DNA from: an uncultured Gemmatimonadales bacterium | GTDB taxonomy: Bacteria > Gemmatimonadota > Gemmatimonadetes > Longimicrobiales > RSA9 | Assembly: GCA_963741945.1 (NCBI GenBank) | Contig: CAVUKA010000005.1 | Span: forward strand, 96,001-160,000 | Reading direction: 5' to 3' | DNA length: 64,000 nucleotides | Part shown: piece after piece, positions 19,138-29,059 of the stretch | Numbering within the stretch: the stretch's first letter is position 1 | Layout: every line of letters begins with the position of its first letter | The notes under the pieces: model-generated | What the model was told of the DNA's origin: nothing | What the model saw: the letters and a program-made list of their open reading frames with translations, nothing else | Database searches by the model: none | Translations under genes and position numbers: made by a program

Positions 19138-19300
19138 CGAGTGGTCGAGTTGACGCGGCCGACACCGCGAGGACGCGGCCGACACCTCGAGGACGCGGCC
19201 GACACCTCGAGGACGGGGCCGACACCTCGAGGACGCGGCCGACACCTCGGGGCTCGCGGCCGACACCTCGGGGGTCGCGCAGCTCGGCGAGTGGTCGAGT
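19138..19300. repeat. six 20-21 bp tandem repeats (ggacgcggccgacacctcga) flanked by 13-bp direct repeats
   Basis: Units at 19151, 19171, 19191, 19211, 19231 and 19251; cgagtggtcgagt at 19138-19150 and 19288-19300. Confidence 0.92.
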
Positions 19301-19320
19301 ATCGGCCGGTCGAGCCGGCT

Positions 19321-20505
19321 CTAGAAGGCCGGGAACCCGGTGATGTCCTGGCCGAGGATCAGGGTGTGGATGTCGTGGGTGCCCTCATACGTGTAGACGC
19401 TCTCGAGGTTGGCCATGTGGCGCATGGCGGAGTACTCGACGAGGATGCCATTGGCCCCGAGCAGCCTGCGCGCTTCCCGGGCGGTGTCCGCGGCCATGGA
19501 GACCATGGCGCGCTTGGCGAGGGAGACCTGCTGGGGGCGCATGGTGCCCTTGTCCTTGAGGCGTCCGAGCTGGAGGACGAGGAGCTGGCCCTGGGTTATG
19601 TCGGTGAGCATCTCGGCCAGGCGAGCCTGCTGGAGCTGTTTGCCGGCGATCGGTGCGTCGCCGAACTGGGTGCGCTGCTTGGCGTAGCTGAGCGCCTCGT
19701 CGTAGCAGGCCATGGCGGCGCCGACGCCGCCCCATGCGATGCCGTAGCGGGCCTGCGTGAGGCACATGAGCGGGCTCTTGAGGCCGCCGGACTCCGGGAG
19801 GAGAGCGTCCTCACCCACGCGCACGTCCTCGAGGACGAGCTCGGAGGTGTCGGACGCCAGCAGGCTGAGCTTCCCCTTCTGGTCGCGGGCGGTGAAGCCG
19901 TCGGCATCCGTGGGGACGATGAAGCCGCGGATGGAGGAGGCGTCGTCGATTTCGCCGGTCTTGGCCCAGACGATGGCGATATCGGCCATGGACCCGTTGG
20001 TGATCCACATCTTGGCGCCGTTCAGCACCCAGCCGTCCCCGTCCTTGCGGGCGGTCGTGAGCATCCCCGCCGGGTTGGAGCCGAAATCGGGCTCGGTGAG
20101 GCCGAAGCAGCCGATGACTTCGCCGCGGGCCATGGGCGGCAGCCATTTCTTCTTCTGTTCCTCGCTGCCGAACGCGAAGATCGGGTACATGCAGAGCGCG
20201 CCCTGGACGGAAGCGAAGCTGCGGATGCCCGAGTCGCCGCGCTCGAGCTCCTGCATGATGAGGCCGTAGGCGACGTTGTTGAGGCCGGCTCCGCCGTATT
20301 CCTCCGGGAGGTTGGCGCCGAGCATGCCGAGCTCGGCGATCTGCGGGATCAGCTCGCTGGGGAAGCGGCGCTCGATGTACGCCTCCTCGATGATGGGGAG
20401 GAGCGCATCGTCCACCCACTGGCGGATGGTGTCGCGCACCATGCGCTCTTCCTCGGAGAGGAGGGAGTCGATCTCGTAGTAGTCCACACCCTGGAATTTC
20501 GCCAT
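19321..20505 (-). CDS. acyl-CoA dehydrogenase (glutaryl-CoA dehydrogenase-like)
   Basis: GCFGLTEPDFGS, KMWITNG, RTQFG and YTYEGT motifs. Confidence 0.93.
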   Translation of the reverse strand: MAKFQGVDYYEIDSLLSEEERMVRDTIRQWVDDALLPIIEEAYIERRFPSELIPQIAELGMLGANLPEEYGGAGLNNVAYGLIMQELERGDSGIRSFASVQGALCMYPIFAFGSEEQKKKWLPPMARGEVIGCFGLTEPDFGSNPAGMLTTARKDGDGWVLNGAKMWITNGSMADIAIVWAKTGEIDDASSIRGFIVPTDADGFTARDQKGKLSLLASDTSELVLEDVRVGEDALLPESGGLKSPLMCLTQARYGIAWGGVGAAMACYDEALSYAKQRTQFGDAPIAGKQLQQARLAEMLTDITQGQLLVLQLGRLKDKGTMRPQQVSLAKRAMVSMAADTAREARRLLGANGILVEYSAMRHMANLESVYTYEGTHDIHTLILGQDITGFPAF

Positions 20506-20548
20506 CGCTCGCGTTCGTTGGGGGTTTCGGGAAGCCGCTAAACTACGG

Positions 20549-21571
20549 TCACTGGAGCCGGCGCACGATGGCGCCCGCGAACTCATCGGTCGTGGCATGG
20601 CCGCCCAGGTCGCGGGGAAGCGACTCCACATCGCATTCCCGCAGGCAGACGTCGAGGGCGCGGCGGATGCGGTCCGCCACATCCTTCTGCTCGACGTGAT
20701 CGAGCATCATGCACGCGGCCAGGATCTGGGCCGTGGGATTCGCCACGTTCTGGCCGGCAATGTCGGGGGCGGAGCCGTGCACGGGCTCGAACATGGCCAT
20801 GTCGTGGCCGATGTTCCCGCCGGGCGCCATGCCGAGGCCGCCCACGAGGCCGGCCATGAGATCGCTCAGGATGTCGCCGAACATGTTCTCCATGACCAGC
20901 ACGTCGAACCGGTAGGGGTTCATGACCAGGTGCATGGCGGTGGCGTCGATGATCATGTCCTCGAACTCGACCTGCCCATCGTACTGCTCGTACACCTCGC
21001 GGCCGACATCGAGGAAGAGCCCCTGGGTGTACTTCAGGATGTTGGCCTTGTGGGCGAGCGTGACCTTCTTGCGGCCGTTCCGCACGGCGTAGTCGAAGGC
21101 GTATTCCAGGATCCGGCGGGCGCCGAAGCGGGTGATGATCATGACCGACTCGGCCGCGGCCTTCGGGTCACCGTCCATGCCGATGTAGTGCTCCACGCCC
21201 ACGTAGAGCCCCTCGGTGTTCTCCCGGATCAGGACCAGGTCGATATCCTCGTAGCGCCCGCCCGCCATGAGCGTGACGGCCGGCCGAACATTGGCGTAGA
21301 GGTCGAACTCCTTCCGCAGCGCCACGTTGATGGAGCGGAACCCGGATCCCACGGGCGTGGTCAGCGGCCCCTTGAGAATTATGCCCGTGCGTCGTGCGGA
21401 GTCGAGCGTCTCGTCGGGGAGCGGAGTGTCCCGCTCGTGGACCGCTATCATGCCGGCCAGCTGGCGGTCGTAGTCGAGGTCGGCGCCCGCGGCGTCCAGC
21501 ACGTCCAGGGTCGCCCGCGTGATGGACGGGCCGATGCCGTCACCCGGAATCAGTGTGATCTCTGTGGTCAT
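20549..21571 (-). CDS. isocitrate/isopropylmalate dehydrogenase family (NAD-IDH-like)
   Basis: PGDGIGP, RENTEG, HKANILK, NMFGDILSD and EPVHGSAPDIAG motifs. Confidence 0.93.
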   Translation of the reverse strand: MTTEITLIPGDGIGPSITRATLDVLDAAGADLDYDRQLAGMIAVHERDTPLPDETLDSARRTGIILKGPLTTPVGSGFRSINVALRKEFDLYANVRPAVTLMAGGRYEDIDLVLIRENTEGLYVGVEHYIGMDGDPKAAAESVMIITRFGARRILEYAFDYAVRNGRKKVTLAHKANILKYTQGLFLDVGREVYEQYDGQVEFEDMIIDATAMHLVMNPYRFDVLVMENMFGDILSDLMAGLVGGLGMAPGGNIGHDMAMFEPVHGSAPDIAGQNVANPTAQILAACMMLDHVEQKDVADRIRRALDVCLRECDVESLPRDLGGHATTDEFAGAIVRRLQ

Positions 21572-21574
21572 CGA

Positions 21575-22126
21575 TCAGGATTTCACGAACTTTGGATTGT
21601 AGTGGTGCTGCGTGTACGCCTCGCCCCACTCGGTGAGCTCCTCGAGCTTGCGCGGGTTATCCCGCCCTTCCCGAAGCGCGTGGCCCAGCAGGTTGAGGGT
21701 GCGCCGCCAGCGAATATCGCTCAGTGTCTGTCTGCGCAGCATGGCGCGCGCCACCTGCTGGCCGTCGGGCAGCACGGTGATGACGCGCACCGCGGCCACG
21801 CCCGGGAAATCGGTGAACACCGCCCGTGTGGCGGGGGTCATCAGGTAGATGTAGGGCCCCACCCGCGCCCAGATCGACCCGCCGCGCTCGAGCTGCTGGT
21901 ACGGCTGCCCCACCGTGAGCTCCACGACGTTGCCGCTCATCACCACCGACTTCACGCCCCTGGCCGCCGCATAGTACGGCCGGACCTGTGCCGCCGTGGG
22001 TGGTGGTGGGCTGCTGCCCCGGCCCAGGAATCCCTGGACCCGGTCGCATCCCCCGGAAAACAAAACGCAGGCGATCACGCCCGCGGTTGTCAGTTGCTTC
22101 GATGTCCGTCGCACTGCTGTCACCAT
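21575..22126 (-). CDS. hypothetical lipoprotein
   Basis: Hydrophobic leader ending GGC; co-oriented in the operon with a 3-bp gap. Confidence 0.7.
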   Translation of the reverse strand: MVTAVRRTSKQLTTAGVIACVLFSGGCDRVQGFLGRGSSPPPPTAAQVRPYYAAARGVKSVVMSGNVVELTVGQPYQQLERGGSIWARVGPYIYLMTPATRAVFTDFPGVAAVRVITVLPDGQQVARAMLRRQTLSDIRWRRTLNLLGHALREGRDNPRKLEELTEWGEAYTQHHYNPKFVKS

Positions 22127-22187
22127 CCCGCTAGCTCAACTCCCGCGCGGGGCCGCCTTCCATCCCGTTCCGGGGGCCCCAAGCCTA

Positions 22188-22775
22188 TCACGGCGACAGC
22201 GCTCGCGCCAGCGCCGAGGCCGCCGCGGCCACGGCCGCCGCCTCGTCTCCGCCCGCTGGCGCCTCCCCGCCCACCGTGCCCATCCAGACGATCTCCCCCC
22301 CGCGCACGTTCACGAACGCCGCCGTGATCGTAGCGGCCGCCCCGTCGGGTCCCGCGCCCGCCCGGACGGTCATGGGGACGAGCGCATAGCCCGCGTCCAG
22401 CACCGCGGCCAGCTTCCGCAGGTCCCCGTACAGCGGGTCCGCCAGTCGGCGCTGGCCCCGGCTCACTTCCACCACGGTGCGGGGATCGTTCCGCAGCGTG
22501 AGCCGCCACTGGGGCGTGCGGGCCGCCACGGCCTCCAGTTTCGCTGGCAGGATCCACTCGGTGTCGGGTGCCCGGTCCTGGAGCCAGAACGCCAGCTCCG
22601 CGTCCACCTGAGCCGGCGACCCCGTCAGCGCCGGCACCAGCATGACCGTGGCGCCGCGAAGGTCCGGTGGCCCGGCCCGCTCCGGCTGCCGCGCCGTTCC
22701 CTGCTTCGCGCACCCGGCGCCGACGGCGAGAACGAGGAGGAGGAGGAGGGCGACGATGGACGGGCGAGAGCGCAT
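22188..22775 (-). CDS. hypothetical lipoprotein
   Basis: MRSRPSIVALLLLLVLAVGAGC lipobox; start uncertain. Confidence 0.7.
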   Translation of the reverse strand: MRSRPSIVALLLLLVLAVGAGCAKQGTARQPERAGPPDLRGATVMLVPALTGSPAQVDAELAFWLQDRAPDTEWILPAKLEAVAARTPQWRLTLRNDPRTVVEVSRGQRRLADPLYGDLRKLAAVLDAGYALVPMTVRAGAGPDGAAATITAAFVNVRGGEIVWMGTVGGEAPAGGDEAAAVAAAASALARALSP

Positions 22776-22842
22776 CAGCGGTTTCTCCATTGGGGGCGGC
22801 GCCGGGAGCGGGGCCGGGCGGTGGTGCTTCATGTCCGTCCGG

Positions 22843-23763
22843 TCAGAGGAGGTGGCCGCCGTCGACGGGGATGACGGCGCCCGTGATGTGGCGCGCCTGC
22901 TCGGAGCAGAGGAACAGGACCACGCTGGCCACATCCTGGGGATCGCCGAGACGGCCGAGGACGCTCCGCTCGCGGGCGCGGTCCAGGATCTCCGCGGGCA
23001 CGGCATCCGTGAGGCGCGTGGTGCGGATATAGCCGGGTGCCACGGCGTTCACGTTCACGTTGGACGGCCCGAGCTCGACGGCCGCGGCGCGGGTGAGCCC
23101 CATCACGCCGGCTTTCGAGGCGGCGTAGTTCGACAGCCCGAACTCCGGCTGCAGGCCGTGGATCGAGCTGATGTTCACGATCTTGCCATCCTGCTGCGAG
23201 CGGAGGAGCGGGGCCACGGCGCGGATCATGTTGAAGGCGCCGGTGAGATTGGTGGCCAGCACGTCGTCCCACTCCTCGTCGCTCATGCGCCAGAGCGCCC
23301 TGTCCCGCGCCACGCCGGCGTTGTTCACCAGGATGTCGACCCGCCCCAGTGCCTCCCGAGCCCCCGCCACGAAATCATTCACCGCGGCGGCGTCCCTGAT
23401 GTCGCATTCCCGGAAATAGACCTGCACTTCCAGCTGCCGCAGCTCCAGGGCGGTGCGCTCGGCTTCCTCCCGGACCCCGTTCCGGTCGCCCAGGAAGTTG
23501 AACGCGATCGCGGCGCCATGGCGGGCGAGCTCCAGGGCGACGGCACGCCCGATCCCGGTGGCCCCGCCGGTCACGATGGCGCCCCGGCCGCGCAGGTCGG
23601 CGAGCCACGGCGCGGCCCTGGGCTGCGTCTCCTCGACCACCTGGGCGAGCAGCTGCTCGAGGACTTCGACTTCGTCCACGACGGCGTGACCGGGGCGCTC
23701 GGGATGCGGCTCGCCGCCCGACCGCGCCCGCGGCGCTCGCTCCGACGGCTCGTGGCGCGGCAT
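22843..23763 (-). CDS. SDR oxidoreductase (FabG-like) with N-terminal extension
   Basis: TGGATGIG, NNAG, YAASK, NAVAPG motifs. Confidence 0.9.
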   Translation of the reverse strand: MPRHEPSERAPRARSGGEPHPERPGHAVVDEVEVLEQLLAQVVEETQPRAAPWLADLRGRGAIVTGGATGIGRAVALELARHGAAIAFNFLGDRNGVREEAERTALELRQLEVQVYFRECDIRDAAAVNDFVAGAREALGRVDILVNNAGVARDRALWRMSDEEWDDVLATNLTGAFNMIRAVAPLLRSQQDGKIVNISSIHGLQPEFGLSNYAASKAGVMGLTRAAAVELGPSNVNVNAVAPGYIRTTRLTDAVPAEILDRARERSVLGRLGDPQDVASVVLFLCSEQARHITGAVIPVDGGHLL

Positions 23764-23884
23764 CAACCTCTTTCGCTGCGGGGGGTGGGAATGGATGGGA
23801 CCCAACCGGGGCAGGATGGGGAGCGCGGGCGCGCGGTGTCAAGCGCGCCACTGCCCCACCGCCGCATGCGGGGGCCCGGGGGGA

Positions 23885-24583
23885 TCAGGAAGTCCCGGCG
23901 TCGCCGACGGCCGGGCCGTCCGCGTAGCCGTGCTTGATGTTGCGCCCCTCCACCATGAACACCACGTCCTCGGCGACATTCGTGGCCAGGTCGGCGATGC
24001 GCTCCAGGTTGCGCGAGACCAGGATCATGTCCATGCCGGGACCGATCTTCCGCGAGTCCTCCATCATGTGCGTGAGCAGGATGCGGAACACGTTGTCGTG
24101 CAGCTCGTCCACGCGGTCGTCCCGGCGGCCGATATCGCGGGCAGCGGTGCTGTCCGCGCGGACGAACGCGTCCAGCGCGTCATTGAGCATGTCCGTGGCG
24201 AGCCCCGTCATCTCCTCGAGCTCCGGCAGGTGCGGCAGCGGCGGCGCCTTGGCGATGAAGCCCACGTTCTCCGCGATATTGACCGCGTGGTCTCCCACGC
24301 GCTCCAGGTCGTTGCTGATCTTCATGGCCATGGTGATGAAACGGAGGTCCCGAGCCATCGGCTGCTGGAGTGCCAGGAGCTGGACCGCCTGGTTGTCCAC
24401 TTTCACCTCCAGGTCGTCCACGTCGCGGTCGCGCTCGATGACGGCCTCCGCCTTCACCACATCCCGCTCCAGCAGCGCCGCCACCGCCATGTCCACCTGC
24501 TCCTCGGCGAGGCCCGCCATGCGAACCAGGCATTCCTTGAGGCGATCCAGCTCGTCCTCGAAGTGCCGGTGCCGCTTCGTCAT
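23885..24583 (-). CDS. phoU: phosphate signalling complex protein PhoU
   Basis: [16 protein letters not shown] and LERIADLA repeats; overlaps the pstB stop. Confidence 0.95.
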   Translation of the reverse strand: MTKRHRHFEDELDRLKECLVRMAGLAEEQVDMAVAALLERDVVKAEAVIERDRDVDDLEVKVDNQAVQLLALQQPMARDLRFITMAMKISNDLERVGDHAVNIAENVGFIAKAPPLPHLPELEEMTGLATDMLNDALDAFVRADSTAARDIGRRDDRVDELHDNVFRILLTHMMEDSRKIGPGMDMILVSRNLERIADLATNVAEDVVFMVEGRNIKHGYADGPAVGDAGTS

Positions 24584-25356
24584 CCGAACCTCCCCGTGAT
24601 GTACGATTCGGTCCGCTCCTCCACCGGCGTGGTGAACAGTGCGTCGGTGGGGCCGTACTCCACCAGCTCGCCCATGTAGAGGAACGCGGTATAGTCGGAG
24701 ATGCGCGCCGCCTGCTGCATGTTGTGCGTCACGATCACCACCGAATAGTCCTGCTTCAGGTCGAAGATCAGCTCCTCGATCTTCTGGGTCGCGATCGGGT
24801 CCAGCGCCGACGTGGGCTCGTCCATGAGGATCACGTCCGGCTCGATGGCCAGGGCGCGCGCGACCACCAGGCGCTGCTGCTGCCCGCCCGAAAGCCCGAG
24901 CGCGCTGTCCGTCAGCCGGTCCTTCACCTCCTCCCACAGCGCCGCCTGCCGCAGGGCCCGCTCCACCACGTCGTCCAGGCTCCCCCGGAACCCGTTGATC
25001 TTCGCCCCGAACGCCACGTTGTCGTAAATGGATTTGGGGAACGGGTTCGGCTTCTGGAACACCATGCCGATCCGCCGGCGCACGTCCACCGGGTCCACGT
25101 CATCGCCGTACAGGTCGGTCCCGTGGTAGCGGACCACGCCCTTCACGCGGGCGTCCACGACAAGGTCGTTCATCCGGTTGAAGCACCGCAGGAGCGTGCT
25201 CTTCCCGCAGCCGGACGGGCCGATGAACGCCACCACCTGGTTGGCCGGGATCTTCAGCGTGATCTCACGGATGGCCGCCTTCTCGCCGTACGTGACCCAC
25301 AGGTCCTCCGTATCGAGGACCGCGTCACCCGGCGGTGTCTGGATCGCCTCTGTCAT
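24580..25356 (-). CDS. pstB: phosphate ABC transporter ATPase
   Basis: [40 protein letters not shown]. Confidence 0.97.
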   Translation of the reverse strand: MTEAIQTPPGDAVLDTEDLWVTYGEKAAIREITLKIPANQVVAFIGPSGCGKSTLLRCFNRMNDLVVDARVKGVVRYHGTDLYGDDVDPVDVRRRIGMVFQKPNPFPKSIYDNVAFGAKINGFRGSLDDVVERALRQAALWEEVKDRLTDSALGLSGGQQQRLVVARALAIEPDVILMDEPTSALDPIATQKIEELIFDLKQDYSVVIVTHNMQQAARISDYTAFLYMGELVEYGPTDALFTTPVEERTESYITGRFG

Positions 25357-25375
25357 CCGTTCCCGTGTCGTTGCC

Positions 25376-26428
25376 CTAGAATACCACCTGGAGCTCGGCC
25401 ATGAACGACCACTCCGTCCCCGTCCCCGAACCCGACGGTACGTACACGTCGGCGTTCAGCATGAGCCGGCTCGCCGGCGCGAAGTACAGGTTCACGCCCG
25501 GCGTCAGCAGCACGCCCGCGTCCGACGCCCTGCTCGTGTCCGGGTCGCCCCAGCTCGCCCGCACCACCGGCTCGTACCCCCGGAAGCCCCGAGGCCCGGT
25601 GAAATAGTACGTGGCGGCAACCTGCCCGCCCACCATCGCCGGCGCTTCGCCGTCCGCCAGCAGCGCCAGGTCGTCGCCGTACATCCATTCCGCCAGCACG
25701 TGGACTCCCGGCACGCCGAACCGGCCGTACTCCGCGTCCACGCCCCAGGCCGTGCCGGTCAATTCAGCGCCCGCCACCGTGTCCCGGGCCGGCTGCACGC
25801 TCACGTCCCCGCCCAGCACCAGCGGCGCCCCGCCCCACGTCACCCGCGCCGTGTACGACTTAGAGCCGTACACCTCGCGCCGGTTCATCCCCTCGCCGTT
25901 GAACACGCCCACCGCGTAGCCGAGGCGGCCCACCTCCCCATGCGCCATCGCCCCCACCTGCCGCCCGGCATACTGCGCGGCGGCCAGCAGCCATTGCTCC
26001 TCGCCCGGCACCCCCACCGCCTTCTCGATCCCGGGGATCCGAAGCTGCCGCTCGATCGTCAGCAGGCGAGGACTGCCGTACAGGGCGAACGGGCTGAACG
26101 GCTTCTTGAACTGACCGGCGCGGACGGCCACGCCCTCCGCCAGCCGCACGTCCGCGTAGCCGTCCTTGATCGTGAGCGCGCCGTCCCCGAAGTCCACCTG
26201 GAGGAACGCCAGCACGTCGTCGGACACCTTCGCCTCGACACCCAGGTGCAGCCGCCTGAGCTCCAGCTCCGTGGCTGGCGGCGCTTTCACACCCGCCCCC
26301 ACGTCCGACGCATCCACGGACGTGGTGTGGAACTGCAGCTCCGTACGCCCGAAAACACGCACGGTCTGTCCCCGGGCGCCCCCCGCCAGGAGGAGCGCCA
26401 GGACAGCCGCCAGTGGCACGCATCGCAT
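25376..26428 (-). CDS. porin, phosphate-selective OprO/OprP-like
   Basis: Signal peptide, GQFKKPF, beta-strand pattern, C-terminal Phe, pho-locus context. Confidence 0.75.
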   Translation of the reverse strand: MRCVPLAAVLALLLAGGARGQTVRVFGRTELQFHTTSVDASDVGAGVKAPPATELELRRLHLGVEAKVSDDVLAFLQVDFGDGALTIKDGYADVRLAEGVAVRAGQFKKPFSPFALYGSPRLLTIERQLRIPGIEKAVGVPGEEQWLLAAAQYAGRQVGAMAHGEVGRLGYAVGVFNGEGMNRREVYGSKSYTARVTWGGAPLVLGGDVSVQPARDTVAGAELTGTAWGVDAEYGRFGVPGVHVLAEWMYGDDLALLADGEAPAMVGGQVAATYYFTGPRGFRGYEPVVRASWGDPDTSRASDAGVLLTPGVNLYFAPASRLMLNADVYVPSGSGTGTEWSFMAELQVVF

Positions 26429-26511
26429 GGACCCACTCCCTTCCAGCTGCGGCTTCGCCGGCAGTGTTCGCGGGGCCGGAGAGAGAGATAGCCGGATCGT
26501 TACGCAGGCAC

Positions 26512-26539
26512 CGTAACCTACGTGTAACGGGAATGTAAC
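26512..26539 (-). promoter_or_regulatory. putative Pho box (three 11-bp-period GTTAC repeats)
   Basis: Minus strand reads GTTACAttccc GTTACAcgtag GTTACG upstream of porin-pstB-phoU. Confidence 0.7.
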
Positions 26540-26588
26540 CGCCACGACGCCGGCGCCGGGGGACCAGCTGACGGGACCGGGTCGGCTG

Positions 26589-28019
26589 TCAGTCGGCCGG
26601 GAGCCAGAAGTGGATCGTGGTGCCCTTCCCCAGTTCGCTGCGAGCCGTGATTGCGCCGCCCATGCTCTCCACCATGTGCTTGACGATGGAGAGACCGAGA
26701 CCGGTGCCGCCCTCGGCGCGGGAGCGGGCGGGATCGACGCGGTAGAAGCGTTCGAAGATGCGCGGGAGGGCGTCGCGGGGGATGCCGGCGCCGCTGTCGG
26801 ATACCTCCACCATCCGCCAGGGTCCGCCGGTGGCGCCGGTTCCCGGTGCGGTTTCGCTGGGGGAGACGGTGACGCGGACGCTGCCACCTTCGGGCGTGTA
26901 GCGGAGGGCGTTGTCGAAGAGATTGGCCAACACCTGCTCCAGCCCGCGCGGATCGGCGAGGGCGGCATCGCCGGGCGGGTCGGCGGCGGCATCGGCGGCG
27001 GCGGCGGCGAAGGAGACACCGGCGGCGGCGGCGCGGTCGGCGAACGGGGTCCAGGCGGCCTCGGCGTGCTGGAGCAGGTGGACGGTCTGCAGCTCGGGGT
27101 GCCAGCGTCCGGACTCCAGGCGGGAGAGGTCGAGGAGGTCGTCGACAATGTGCTGGAGCCGCCCTGCGTTGCGGGCGATCGTCGCCAGGAACTGATGCTG
27201 GTCTGCCTCCGGCAGCCCGCCCGCCATCAGCGTCTCCGTGTAGCCGCGGATGGAGGTGAGGGGCGTTTTCAGCTCGTGGCTGGCGTTGGCGACGAAGTCC
27301 CGCCTCACCTCTTCCAGGCGACGCAGGTCCGTCAGGTCCACGACCGTCGCCACCAGCCCGTCGTCCCCGGGTCCGCGGCTGGACGAGACCAGCAGCCGCT
27401 TCTCGTCCAGCACCACCTCAGCCGGCTCGGCCCCGACGTTGCCGGGGTCCATGAGGCGGCGCAGGTCGGCGTTCCGGATCAGCGACGCCGCGCGCCGCCC
27501 CACGACGTCGGCAGGCCAGCCGAGCATGTCGCGCCCGGCCCGGTTCGCCCGCACGATCCGCCCTTCCGCGTCCAGCTGGACCACCCCTTCGGAGAACGCT
27601 TCCACCAGCGCCGCCAGCTCCGCGCGCTCCCTCGCCTCCCGCTCCCCCCGCTCCCTCAGCTCCGTCGCCGTCCGCGCCATGGAGCGGACCACGTCCTGCA
27701 CTTCCGCCACCACGCTCTCGCCGCCAGGACGGTGGCTCGACTGCGTGAGCTGCTCGGCGACGCGCCGCACGCGCGCGAGTGGCCTGGCCATGGCCCGGGC
27801 CGCCACCACGCTCACGGCAGCGGACAGGACCACGGCCAGCGCGCCCCAGCGGAGGACCGCATCCCGGGCGGCGTGGGCCGCGTGCTCCGCGCCTGCTGCG
27901 GGGGCGGCGGCCAGGGTACGGGCCACATCGACGCTCACGGCGTGGGCGGCGAGGGCGGCCATGACCGCTACGACGACGCCGATGAGGACGGGGAGCAGGA
28001 CCTGGAGCGGGATGCGCAC
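26589..28019 (-). CDS. phoR: PhoR-like sensor histidine kinase (HAMP, PAS, HisKA, HATPase)
   Basis: DFVANASHELKTPLT, NLFDNALRY, DSGAGI, FERFYRVD, GTGLGL; GTG start. Confidence 0.88.
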   Translation of the reverse strand: MRIPLQVLLPVLIGVVVAVMAALAAHAVSVDVARTLAAAPAAGAEHAAHAARDAVLRWGALAVVLSAAVSVVAARAMARPLARVRRVAEQLTQSSHRPGGESVVAEVQDVVRSMARTATELRERGEREARERAELAALVEAFSEGVVQLDAEGRIVRANRAGRDMLGWPADVVGRRAASLIRNADLRRLMDPGNVGAEPAEVVLDEKRLLVSSSRGPGDDGLVATVVDLTDLRRLEEVRRDFVANASHELKTPLTSIRGYTETLMAGGLPEADQHQFLATIARNAGRLQHIVDDLLDLSRLESGRWHPELQTVHLLQHAEAAWTPFADRAAAAGVSFAAAAADAAADPPGDAALADPRGLEQVLANLFDNALRYTPEGGSVRVTVSPSETAPGTGATGGPWRMVEVSDSGAGIPRDALPRIFERFYRVDPARSRAEGGTGLGLSIVKHMVESMGGAITARSELGKGTTIHFWLPAD

Positions 28020-28036
28020 CGTGGCTCGTCCCCGTC

Positions 28037-28756
28037 TCAGGAGCCGGACTCGCTGCCGCGGAAGCGGTAGCCGAAGCCGCGGACGGTCTCGATGAGGTCG
28101 CCCGCGTCGCCCAGCTTGGCGCGCAGCCGCTGGATGTGCATGTCCACGGTCCGCGTCTCGATGTGGACGTGGATGTCCCACGCGGTCTCCAGCAGCTGCT
28201 GCCGGCTCTGCACCCGCCCCTTCCGCTCCAGCAGCGCCAGGAGGAGCCGGTACTCCGTGGGCGTCAGGTCCACCGGCTTCCCCTCAACGGTGACCGCCAT
28301 GGCCGACACGTCCACGAGCACGGGGCCAGCCCATAGCGTGCGGCCCGCCCCGCCGACGGGCGGCGCCTGGACCCGGCGGAGCACGGCGCCGATCCGCAGC
28401 ACCAGCTCCTGCGGGCTGAACGGCTTGGTCATGTAGTCGTCGGCGCCCAGCTCCAGCCCCTTGATCCGGTCCGCCTCCTCGCGACGCGCGGTGAGCACCA
28501 CCACGGGAACGTCCCGCATCTCGTCCCGCCGCCGCAGCTCCGCAAGGACTTCGTAGCCGGACCGCTCCGGGAGCATGAGGTCCAGGACGACGAGGTCGGG
28601 GCGGTCCGCCCGCACCGCTTCCAGCGCCTCGTCGCCGCTCGCCACCGTGCGCACGCGGAAGCCCTCGCGCGTCAGGTGGTACGCCACCAGCGCGGCGATG
28701 TCCCGCTCGTCCTCCACCACGAGGATCTGCGCCGAGGCCGTTGTGGCTCCTGCCAT
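28037..28756 (-). CDS. phoB: PhoB-like OmpR-family response regulator
   Basis: VVEDE, LDLMLP, GADDYMTKPF, RTVDMHIQRLR, TVRGFGY. Confidence 0.88.
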   Translation of the reverse strand: MAGATTASAQILVVEDERDIAALVAYHLTREGFRVRTVASGDEALEAVRADRPDLVVLDLMLPERSGYEVLAELRRRDEMRDVPVVVLTARREEADRIKGLELGADDYMTKPFSPQELVLRIGAVLRRVQAPPVGGAGRTLWAGPVLVDVSAMAVTVEGKPVDLTPTEYRLLLALLERKGRVQSRQQLLETAWDIHVHIETRTVDMHIQRLRAKLGDAGDLIETVRGFGYRFRGSESGS

Positions 28757-28843
28757 CCGCTTCCTCTTCGGGTGAGCTCCGCCCGCGGGCGGCCGCGTGG
28801 GTCTCGTTCCGATGCTGGAGATAAGGACCCGTGATCAAGGCAG

Positions 28844-28871
28844 GGTCACTGGCATGTAACATACATATCAC
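28844..28871 (-). promoter_or_regulatory. putative Pho box upstream of phoB
   Basis: Minus strand reads GTGATAtgtat GTTACAtgcca GTGACC, 11-bp period. Confidence 0.5.
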
Positions 28872-29059
28872 GGGCGCCGTTGCGGTACAGTACGGTGGCG
28901 AGCCTGTCACGCGGCGCCACGTTTCCTATTTTGCATGCGTGCCCATGCCATGTCGATGCTGCGCCCACCACTTGCCGCCCCGCCGCTCGCCGCTTCCCGC
29001 GGACGAGGGATCGGCACGCGCCCGCGCAACGTTCCGCCCCGCCCGTGCGTCGTGAAGAC

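Noticed and set aside
19151-19271. CRISPR array
   Set aside because: Repeats are head-to-tail with no spacers
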